A stretch of DNA of 64,000 nucleotides from an uncultured delta proteobacterium (GTDB taxonomy: Bacteria > Bdellovibrionota_C > UBA2361 > OMII01): NCBI GenBank assembly GCA_903920005.1, contig CAIXKI010000158.1:6134-70133 (forward strand), read 5' to 3'. The position numbers and the translations under genes are program-made. Every line of letters starts with the position of its first letter. Position 1 is the first letter of the stretch. Below, in pieces: positions 48,640 to 58,553 of this stretch. Under the pieces are notes generated by a model that was not told the DNA's origin, made no database searches, and saw only the letters and a program-made list of their open reading frames with translations.

Positions 48640-49593
48640 ATGAGCGCTTCTACAAACCAAGTTAATCATCACAAAGTCATCATTCTTGGATCTGGACCAG
48701 CCGGGCTGACGGCAGCGATCTACACCGCTCGCGCTAGCCTCTCGCCCCTTATTATCCACGGACCTCTCGCGGGTGGACAGCTCACAACCACAACCGACGT
48801 CGAGAACTTCCCTGGATTCCCGGAAGGGATAATGGGACCAGACCTCATGCAACTCATGGAACAACAAGCTACGCGCTTCGGCACAACTGTTGCTGTTGAT
48901 ACAATCGTTAAAGCCAACCTTTCGCAACGACCTTTCACACTGACGGGCCAGTCAGGCACCTACACGTGCGACTCTCTCATCATCTCAACCGGTGCCGCGC
49001 CCAAGTACATTGGGGCTAAAAATGAGCGTGAATTGCTCGGTTACGGCGTATCCACGTGCGCAACGTGCGACGGCGCTTTCTTTAGAAACAAGGTAATCGC
49101 TGTCGTGGGTGGTGGAGATTCTGCTTGCGAGGAGGCTTCGTTCCTTACTCGGTTCGCGAGTAAGCTATACCTCATTCACAGACGTGACTCGCTTCGCGCT
49201 TCAAAGATCATGCAGCAGCGCGTCTTCAATAATCCTAAGATAGAGGTTCTCTGGAACAAGGGCGTTCTTTCCGTTGAGGGCTCTAAAAAAGATGGTGTCA
49301 CGGGGCTCACCCTTCAGGACACAATAACTAAGGAAGAGAGCCTGCTTCCGGCAGATGCGCTCTTCGTCGCTATCGGCCACACACCAAACTCAAGCCTATT
49401 CCAAGGCCAGCTTGATATGGACGAGAATGGATACCTCCTCCATAAGCCAGACTCGGCCGAAACCACCATCCCGGGTGTGTTTGTTAGTGGTGACGTTCAG
49501 GACCACGTGTTCCGACAGGCTATTACCGCCGCAGGTTCGGGTTGCATGGCAGCTATTGGCGCTGAGCGCTGGCTTGAGGCTCAACACGGATAG
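48640..49593 (+). CDS. trxB: Thioredoxin-disulfide reductase
   Basis: GSGPAGLTAA, GGQL..T.VENFPGF, CATCDG, GGGDSACEE and QAITAAGSG. Confidence 0.97.
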   Translation: MSASTNQVNHHKVIILGSGPAGLTAAIYTARASLSPLIIHGPLAGGQLTTTTDVENFPGFPEGIMGPDLMQLMEQQATRFGTTVAVDTIVKANLSQRPFTLTGQSGTYTCDSLIISTGAAPKYIGAKNERELLGYGVSTCATCDGAFFRNKVIAVVGGGDSACEEASFLTRFASKLYLIHRRDSLRASKIMQQRVFNNPKIEVLWNKGVLSVEGSKKDGVTGLTLQDTITKEESLLPADALFVAIGHTPNSSLFQGQLDMDENGYLLHKPDSAETTIPGVFVSGDVQDHVFRQAITAAGSGCMAAIGAERWLEAQHG

Positions 49594-49626
49594 ATAAAAC
49601 CCAGGCAATATAAGCACCTAACTAAG

Positions 49627-49691
49627 TTACCCACAGGTTGTGGAGATTTCTGTGGATAACTTGTGGAAGGATGTGGAGAACTTGTTGAGAA
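49627..49691. promoter_or_regulatory. DnaA-box array outside oriC
   Basis: TTACCCACA at 49627, then TGTGGAGAT 49639, TGTGGATAA 49651 (perfect), TGTGGAAGG 49662, TGTGGAGAA 49672 and TGTTGAGAA 49683. Confidence 0.72.
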
Positions 49692-49707
49692 CCTCCATCC
49701 GGAGGAC

Positions 49708-49742
49708 AAAAAAAAGGGCCCGTCGTACGACGAGCCCTTTTT
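49708..49742 (-). terminator. Rho-independent (probably bidirectional) terminator after atpE
   Basis: A8-GGGCCCGTCGTACGACGAGCCC-T5 stem-loop with A/T tracts on both sides. Confidence 0.85.
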
Positions 49743-49762
49743 CATTATTTAAGCCGTAACGC

Positions 49763-50086
49763 TTACGCCTTAAGGAAGGCGATAACGAAGGCAAGAATAA
49801 CGAGCGACTCGATAAGAGCCATACCGATAAGCATCGGCGCGAGGAGCTTTCCACCAACAGATGGATTGCGTCCGTATGACTCAAGCATAGCTGCTACAGC
49901 CTTACCTTGACCAAGACCACCACCGATTACTGCCATACCGATAGCCAAACCAGCGCCGATAGGACCGAGTGGAGAACCTTCGGTAACTGTGCCTTCTGCG
50001 AATGCGTTAGCTACTGGAGCCAAAGCCGCAACCATCGTTACTGCGAAGAGAGCTGTTCTCTTTGCGATAGTTCCTAATGTTTTCAT
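49763..50086 (-). CDS. atpE: ATP synthase F0 subunit c with signal-peptide-like N-terminal extension
   Basis: GxGxxxG helix, GQG, RNP loop and carboxylate ALIES. AAGGAG RBS. Confidence 0.93.
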   Translation of the reverse strand: MKTLGTIAKRTALFAVTMVAALAPVANAFAEGTVTEGSPLGPIGAGLAIGMAVIGGGLGQGKAVAAMLESYGRNPSVGGKLLAPMLIGMALIESLVILAFVIAFLKA

Positions 50087-50139
50087 CTTACTCTCCTTGT
50101 TGTTGTTTAATGAAACCTATCTTCAATGAAGTAGTTATA

Positions 50140-50865
50140 CTAGTGATGCTCACCCTCTTCATGCTGAGTAGCGAGCATAATGTATATCATTGTGAGCACC
50201 GTGGGAACGAATGCCTGCATGAAACATACAAAGGTTCCGAGGCCGTAGAAGATGATCGGCACGATAAACGGAACGAGTTCGGACATAATGCCCAAAACGA
50301 TATGATCCGCTGAAATATTCCAATAAAGTCGTAAGTTGAGGGTCAAAATACGAAGCGCTGTACCGAACAACTCAAGCGGCAAGATAAACCATGCGAGCCA
50401 CCACACAGGTCCCGCAAAATGCTTCAAATAAGGAACCAGTCCCTGCTCTTTAATGCCGTAGTAGTTAAAAGAGATAAATATAAGGAGCGCCACTGGCACC
50501 GTCGTCCATACTGTCGTCGTCGGTGCTGGAAATCCTGGAACGAGGCCAATGATGTTAAGAGTAAGGAGATAAAGAAACACGGTCGCCGTTAGCGGGAGGT
50601 ATTTCCTATTCTCTTTGCCGAGCACGGAATCCTGAAACGCCACAAACGTCTCTATGAAGAAATCAAAGATTCCTGACGTTGTGATCTTTTCTTCAGGAAT
50701 TACGCCCTGTTCTACTCCTCTAAGCCTTCTTCGGCGGGCAAGCACGTTGGCGGCTTGGGCCCCCACGAAAAGCAAAGTGCAACCTAGCGTAACCGCTGTC
50801 ACGAGCTTCTGGGTGTTTGGGTCGGTTAAACCGAGTGAATTTAGGTATGTATAGTGTGCTTCCAT
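50140..50865 (-). CDS. atpB: ATP synthase F0 subunit a
   Basis: N..GL.PG, PLEL....R..TLNLRL..N, H and QAFV..L..IY. Confidence 0.92.
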   Translation of the reverse strand: MEAHYTYLNSLGLTDPNTQKLVTAVTLGCTLLFVGAQAANVLARRRRLRGVEQGVIPEEKITTSGIFDFFIETFVAFQDSVLGKENRKYLPLTATVFLYLLTLNIIGLVPGFPAPTTTVWTTVPVALLIFISFNYYGIKEQGLVPYLKHFAGPVWWLAWFILPLELFGTALRILTLNLRLYWNISADHIVLGIMSELVPFIVPIIFYGLGTFVCFMQAFVPTVLTMIYIMLATQHEEGEHH

Positions 50866-50886
50866 GGTCTCACTTCGAGCGCCCTT

Positions 50887-50915
50887 GTTGTATAGGATTT
50901 AGTCAATTAAGGCAA
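50887..50915 (-). promoter_or_regulatory. Putative sigma70 promoter of atpBE
   Basis: The minus strand reads TTGCCT-17 nt-TACAAC about 20 nt before the atpB start. Confidence 0.45.
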
Positions 50916-51152
50916 ACCCTGCTCGCCTCCTCGTTTAGAGATTGTCCCAACGCATATTCGGTGAGTACCCCCTTCCGATGAACGCAGTGGTTCTGACTAC
51001 ACCCGTCGGTCCTAGACATACCGTGCAGCTTTTGTTAGTTGACCAGACGTGCGCGCCCCGTCTTTGTTTAAGTCACTTGAAACTAGTGTAAACTTTCGCT
51101 ATCTTCTGACGTAGCCGTCTCTCCGATGCGTTAAAAAATCGTCATCAAATTC

Positions 51153-51180
51153 TTGTAAAATTCTCCACCCGTACTATAAC
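51153..51180 (+). promoter_or_regulatory. Putative sigma70 promoter of dnaA
   Basis: TTGTAA-16 nt-TATAAC. Confidence 0.4.
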
Positions 51181-51298
51181 GCTTTGTCATTCGATCGAAG
51201 GTCGGAGCTTACGCTCCCCCGACTTAATCAAAAAAGTCGCAAAACGAACGAAAAAGCGGTCCGCTCCCGTATGAGCGGATTTTTTAAACGTGAGGCGC

Positions 51299-52912
51299 AT
51301 GGGCAGCAACCTGGCACCAGAGGATTTTCGCCAGAGCGATTCTATCGCTGAAGACTTGTCCTCCCCGCTGTCCTCTCAGGTAACAGCCGAGGCCTCTAAG
51401 CTAACAGCTGGGGCCTCTCAACTAACAGCCGGGGCCCTATCTCAAACGACAGCCGCGCCCGTTCTTCAAAAAACAGCGACGGCATCCCTCGAACAAAGCT
51501 GGGCTCTTGCTGTTGCCGATGTGTGCGGTGAAGTAAATCCCCATATCGTTGCGGCATACATCGAGCCGCTCTCCGTTGACGTCGCCGGCTCTAACTCAGA
51601 GCGGTTCATGGTGAGAGGACCGTCGCGCCTGATCTGCAATTACGTCATATCAAATTTCTCGAGCCCTCTTCGTGAAAGGCTCGCTCACTTTCTCGACGCT
51701 CCTGAGCTCGTTCTCTCTATTATTCCGAGAGAGCCAACCGGGAGCGCTAACAGCGACTCGCCAAACAGCCTTCGTCGGCCGGCAACCCCCTTCATCGTCA
51801 AACGAGTGCGGCCAACCCCTGTAGAAGAGGCGAAAAATGAGCCGCTTACACAAACAGCGAATAATCCTCAAACCCCGCCAGAGGGTGAAATATTTAACAA
51901 TATCAATCCACGATATACCTTCCAGGACTTCGTAGTTGGTAACAGTAACCAATTCTGTCACGCCGCGGCGATGCGAGTCGCTGAAAAACCTGGTCAGAGC
52001 TACAACCCCCTCTTCATCTACGGCGGAGTAGGCCTCGGTAAAACCCATCTCCTTCACGCTATCGGCAACGCCGTATTACAGAGAAGCCCACTTTCTCGGG
52101 TTCTCTACATGTCATCAGAGACTTTTACCAATGAGCTTATCCTTGCTCTGCGTCACGCAAAGATGGAGGAGTTCAAGCGAAGGCTTCGAACTATCGAGGT
52201 TCTCCTGATTGATGATATCCAATTCATCGTTGGTAAAGAGAGAACTCAAGAAGAGTTCTTCCATACCTTCAACGCCCTCTACAGCGCTAAGCGCCAGATT
52301 GTTATCACCTCAGATAAGATTCCAACGGATATCCCCGGTATCGAAGAGCGCCTGCAAACACGCTTCTCATGGGGATTAACCGCTGACCTGCAGGCCCCAG
52401 ATTTTGAAACACGCGTCGCGATTCTTAAACAGAAGGCGCTCCTTGAAAACTTCCACCTCCCCGAGGAAGTTGGTCACCTCATCGCCGAGAAGATTTCGTC
52501 GAATGTGCGTGAACTTGAAGGAGCCCTCACGCGACTTCACGCTGTAAGTTCTATTCAAAATGTTTCTATCTCGATGGATATGGCTCGTATGGCTCTTAAG
52601 CCACTACTCCAACCAAAGGTAGTGAACGTCTCAGTCGATGACATCAAGAAGGCCGTTGCGACGCACTTTAATATCAAGGTTGCTGAGATAATATCGAAGC
52701 GACGAACGAAGAATCTCTCCTTCCCACGACATATAGCCATGTATCTCTGTCGTAAACACACCACCGCGTCATATCCAGAGATAGGTGAGCACTTCGGTGG
52801 GCGAGACCACTCGAGCGTCATTCATGCCGCCACCGTTGTATCGAGCAAGTTATCCACAGATGCGCAAGTAAAGGTCTTTGTCGAAGAAATCGAAAAGAGA
52901 CTATTTGGTTAA
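51299..52912 (+). CDS. dnaA: Chromosomal replication initiator DnaA
   Basis: YTF..FVVG.SN, YNPLFIYGGVGLGKTHL, LLIDDIQF, QEEFFHTFN, NVRELEGAL and GGRDHSSV.HA. Start is GTG 51290 or ATG 51299. Confidence 0.97.
   Translation: MGSNLAPEDFRQSDSIAEDLSSPLSSQVTAEASKLTAGASQLTAGALSQTTAAPVLQKTATASLEQSWALAVADVCGEVNPHIVAAYIEPLSVDVAGSNSERFMVRGPSRLICNYVISNFSSPLRERLAHFLDAPELVLSIIPREPTGSANSDSPNSLRRPATPFIVKRVRPTPVEEAKNEPLTQTANNPQTPPEGEIFNNINPRYTFQDFVVGNSNQFCHAAAMRVAEKPGQSYNPLFIYGGVGLGKTHLLHAIGNAVLQRSPLSRVLYMSSETFTNELILALRHAKMEEFKRRLRTIEVLLIDDIQFIVGKERTQEEFFHTFNALYSAKRQIVITSDKIPTDIPGIEERLQTRFSWGLTADLQAPDFETRVAILKQKALLENFHLPEEVGHLIAEKISSNVRELEGALTRLHAVSSIQNVSISMDMARMALKPLLQPKVVNVSVDDIKKAVATHFNIKVAEIISKRRTKNLSFPRHIAMYLCRKHTTASYPEIGEHFGGRDHSSVIHAATVVSSKLSTDAQVKVFVEEIEKRLFG
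51372..51434 (+). repeat. Three imperfect 21-bp tandem repeats in the dnaA 5' end
   Basis: CCTCTCAGGTAACAGCCGAGG / CCTCTAAGCTAACAGCTGGGG / CCTCTCAACTAACAGCCGGGG, encoding SQVTAEA-SKLTAGA-SQLTAGA. Confidence 0.85.
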
Positions 52913-53360
52913 AGTCTGTTAAATCAAGCGCTTGACCATTTTATCAACAGCTTTTACCAGGGTGTTGAATAGTGGGTAATTCATAGGTTTTCAACAGGTT
53001 TGTGCCGGATATCGACACGTTTTCCACAGGTACTCAGGGATGAAAATCCCTACCAAGAAGGGGCAGATACATATCCACAACCACGCCTCTACGACGCACT
53101 ATAGCGCGGTAGAAGTGGTTGATTTGATATAGAAAAAGACTCCCGGTAGAAACCTGTGGATAACTTGGTTGAAACGGGTGGGAAGGTGGGCCGAATTGTG
53201 GAGTTCAAATTGGCCTGTGGATAATTTCAAAAACTTTGCAGAGGTTACTAACAAGTTTTCAGTGGAAATTTAACACTCAAAACATATAGTTAAGGGACTT
53301 ATCCCCGAAAACAGGGCTGACTTACTATTATTCACTAGATATTTATCTAATAAAGAAACA
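52850..53360. other. oriC: Probable chromosomal replication origin (oriC)
   Basis: The dnaA-dnaN gap has DnaA boxes at 52850 TTATCCACA, 52941 TTATCAACA, 52988, 53020, 53071, 53155 TGTGGATAA, 53216 TGTGGATAA and 53299. It also has an IHF-consensus match AATCAAGCGCTTG at 52922 and a trio-like TACTATTATTCACT plus AT-rich tract before dnaN. Confidence 0.88.
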
Positions 53361-53370
53361 ATAGGGAACC

Positions 53371-54534
53371 ATGGAGATAACAATTTCAAAAACTGAACTC
53401 TCGAAACTTCTTCACGTCACGTTAGCGATCGCTGAGAAGAAATCGACGATGCCGATCCTCGGTAACATTCTTCTCTCCGCTGAGGACAAGAGTTTTAAAG
53501 TAACAGCAAGTGATCTTGAGATCACCGCGATAGCCTCGAGCACGGCATCCGTTAAGAAGCCAGGATCGATCACAGTCAGCGCAAAGGTGTTCGGAGATCT
53601 CGTTCGAGAGCTTCCAGATGGAGAGATCACGATCCGGGCAGTCGATCGGGATCGAATTGAAGTTCATGCTGGTAGTTCAAAACTAAAGATCGTTGGAGTC
53701 GGGGCTGAGGAATATCCAGTTCCACCGGGGCTCGCCCTTAAGACGAAGTGCAAACTTCCAGCGCCAACGTTGATTGAGATGATCAATAAAACTCTCTACG
53801 CCGTATCCCTTGATGAAGGGCGTTACAACATGAACGGTATATGTCTTGAGATCACCAAGGATGGCAAATCTTCCGGGATCGGAATGGTGGCGACAGATGG
53901 TCATCGACTTGGTCTTATCTCTCGACCGCTTCAGGGCGTTGAGTTTACCGGACTTTCCCACAAGGGGTCCGCAAAGGGCGGTGCCGGTTCTGATCACGTG
54001 ATCGTTCCGCGCAAAGGAATCGCTGAGGTTCGTAAGGCTCTTGATACCGTGGGAGATGTTCCTGTTGGCGTTGATGTCAGCGAGGGATTCTTGGTGGTTG
54101 AAGGTCCAGCATGGAAGCTTGTCGTTCGTTTGTTGGATAGTGAGTTTCCAAATTATGAACAGGTTCTCCCTAAAGGGGCGGGAAATAAGATTACCGTTTT
54201 GAGCACACAACTTGCGCATGCGTTAAAGCGCGTATCGCTTGTGGTGAGTGATAAGAACAAAGGTGTTCGGTTTGACTTCTTCTCGAATCTCGTACGGATC
54301 TCAAGCTCTTCACCTGAACTTGGCGAGGCTCAAGAGGAAGTTGAAGTTCAATATTCTGGTAAGGATTTCTCAGTTGGATTTAATGCTCGATACATCATCG
54401 ATGTACTTTCAACGATCGGCGAGAACCAACCTTTCGTCATGGAGCTCAATGGCGACTCAGGACCAGGAAAGTTCTATGCGGAGTCTGATGAATCGTCTTT
54501 CGGAATCGTTATGCCACTTCGGCTCGATAAATAG
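53371..54534 (+). CDS. dnaN: DNA polymerase III beta sliding clamp
   Basis: PILGNILL, SDLEI, VATDGHRL, FPNYEQVLP, GFNARY..D and VMPLR. Confidence 0.97.
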   Translation: MEITISKTELSKLLHVTLAIAEKKSTMPILGNILLSAEDKSFKVTASDLEITAIASSTASVKKPGSITVSAKVFGDLVRELPDGEITIRAVDRDRIEVHAGSSKLKIVGVGAEEYPVPPGLALKTKCKLPAPTLIEMINKTLYAVSLDEGRYNMNGICLEITKDGKSSGIGMVATDGHRLGLISRPLQGVEFTGLSHKGSAKGGAGSDHVIVPRKGIAEVRKALDTVGDVPVGVDVSEGFLVVEGPAWKLVVRLLDSEFPNYEQVLPKGAGNKITVLSTQLAHALKRVSLVVSDKNKGVRFDFFSNLVRISSSSPELGEAQEEVEVQYSGKDFSVGFNARYIIDVLSTIGENQPFVMELNGDSGPGKFYAESDESSFGIVMPLRLDK

Positions 54535-54551
54535 CTTCACAGGATCTTTCG

Positions 54552-55646
54552 TTGTTTGTTTCAAGTCTTAAGGTTTTTAAGTTTAGAAATTTAGCTGATC
54601 AAACGATCGAGCTCGGTTCTGGGCCTGTGTACGTGAACGGCTTAAACGGGAATGGAAAAACTAATCTCGTTGAGGCGCTCTACCTTCTCTCTGGCTCTCG
54701 ATCGTTTAGAACGAACTCTTCAAGCGAACTTTTGAAGTGGGGAGAAAAGGAGTGTTCGGTTTTTGGAACTGTTGTTTCAGAAAACGGCACTGAGGAGCTT
54801 GGTTTAGTTTTTACCCCTGGTGAGCGCACCGCCTTTTGCAACGGCAAGCCCCTCGACTCGGTTACCGAACTTATCGGGCGCCTCAGGGTGATCGCCTTCT
54901 CTCCAGCGGACCTATCCCTTGTTAAGGGCTCTCCTTCGGGCAGGAGACGATTTCTCGATCGACACATGGTAGACCTTAACCCGGGCTTTATTAAAGTTCT
55001 GATGGCTTACCAGAGGGCCTTAGCGAGCAAAAGCGCGGTGCTCAAGCAACCCGGGATCGATTACTCACACGTAAAGCCATGGAACGAACTTTTGGCAGAC
55101 TATTGTGGAAAGATTGTTGATAACAGGCTTAACTTTATAAAATCACTTAGTGATAAAGCAGCCCTTTTTCATGAACAGTACGCTCCTTCCGACGGAACCC
55201 TCACCATCTCGCTCGAATCTGACTTCGTGGAGGATGACCGAGCGTTGTCGTGTGATGAGATTCTTGGACGGTTAGAGGGTGTGGCACCGAAGGAGATGAT
55301 GATGAGAACGCCATCCCTTGGCGCCCAGCGAGACGACCTCAAGATTGCGCTCGGGGGGGTAGACGCGAGAGCCTTTGCCTCTCAGGGGCAGACTAGAAGC
55401 GTGGTGTTATCGCTGAAGCTGGGAGTCATCGATCTGCTAGAGGCGGCCACCGGTGAATCGCCGGTCATTTTACTCGATGATGTTGACTCAGAGCTTGATA
55501 AGGGCCGTTCAGGGCGCCTTTTTAAAGCGTTACTTGGTAAGTCCCGTCAGGTAATCGTCACCGGCACAGACGCCCCTCCTGACCACCTTCTGGCGAGCGA
55601 GAATTTGTGCACCCTCACCGTCTCTCAAGGAACGGTTGTTTCGTAG
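54552..55646 (+). CDS. recF: DNA replication and repair protein RecF
   Basis: FRN, G.NG.GKTN..EA, SFRT, P..RRRFLD, SQGQ.R and PVILLDDV.SELD. TTG start. Confidence 0.95.
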   Translation: MFVSSLKVFKFRNLADQTIELGSGPVYVNGLNGNGKTNLVEALYLLSGSRSFRTNSSSELLKWGEKECSVFGTVVSENGTEELGLVFTPGERTAFCNGKPLDSVTELIGRLRVIAFSPADLSLVKGSPSGRRRFLDRHMVDLNPGFIKVLMAYQRALASKSAVLKQPGIDYSHVKPWNELLADYCGKIVDNRLNFIKSLSDKAALFHEQYAPSDGTLTISLESDFVEDDRALSCDEILGRLEGVAPKEMMMRTPSLGAQRDDLKIALGGVDARAFASQGQTRSVVLSLKLGVIDLLEAATGESPVILLDDVDSELDKGRSGRLFKALLGKSRQVIVTGTDAPPDHLLASENLCTLTVSQGTVVS

Positions 55647-55659
55647 ATTTTTTCGATAC

Positions 55660-55694
55660 TTATTCACATTTATCCACACCATACCTGTGGATAG
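55660..55694. promoter_or_regulatory. DnaA-box triplet between recF and gyrB
   Basis: TTATTCACA at 55660, TTATCCACA at 55670 and inverted TGTGGATAG at 55686. Confidence 0.72.
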
Positions 55695-55778
55695 AAAAAA
55701 GAGCTTAAAATAATGAGTTAATTCAGGTATCTGCCTGAGCGCCGGGATGTTGGTTTACTCTTTACCAAATGCATCTAA

Positions 55779-58262
<2,484 letters not shown>

Positions 58263-58287
58263 TTTAATCTAGGGGTTCCGGCGAAAG

Positions 58288-58316
58288 TTGACCGTGAGCC
58301 TCTTCTTCGGTACCTT
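58288..58316 (+). promoter_or_regulatory. Putative sigma70 promoter of the small basic protein gene
   Basis: TTGACC-17 nt-TACCTT. Confidence 0.6.
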
Positions 58317-58346
58317 TACGGACCTCATTTGTTAAGGAGTTGTGTC

Positions 58347-58460
58347 ATGGCATCGCCAACTAAGATCACAGAAAATCGTCGCGCAGCGCACCGCGCAAAG
58401 AAAGTTAAGAACCGCAACAAGAAGGCTCGCCTCAAGGCTAAGAAGGCTGCTGCGAAGTAG
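58347..58460 (+). CDS. Small 37-aa Lys/Arg/Ala-rich protein (absent from the ORF track)
   Basis: AAGGAG RBS 7 nt before ATG. Translation MASPTKITENRRAAHRAKKVKNRNKKARLKAKKAAAK*. Flanked by a promoter and a terminator. Confidence 0.75.
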   Translation: MASPTKITENRRAAHRAKKVKNRNKKARLKAKKAAAK

Positions 58461-58500
58461 GCGCGCGATTTGTCGCGGCTACGTTCTCGTTGTTTTCTGC

Positions 58501-58534
58501 GACGGAGTCCCTATTTGGGGCTCCGTTTTCTTTT
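58501..58534 (+). terminator. Rho-independent terminator
   Basis: ACGGAGTCCC-TATTT-GGGGCTCCGT stem followed by TTTCTTTT. Confidence 0.8.
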
Positions 58535-58553
58535 GTGCTTGCAGCTATCTACG

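Noticed and set aside
49763..49950. Possible Na+-binding c-ring (Gln plus ES)
   Set aside because: The motif reads IESLVIL and lacks the Thr and Tyr of the Na+ signature, so it is more consistent with H+ coupling.
51372..51434. Tandem repeats as a possible CRISPR or iteron array
   Set aside because: There are no spacers, only three units, they are in frame within dnaA, and no cas genes are present.
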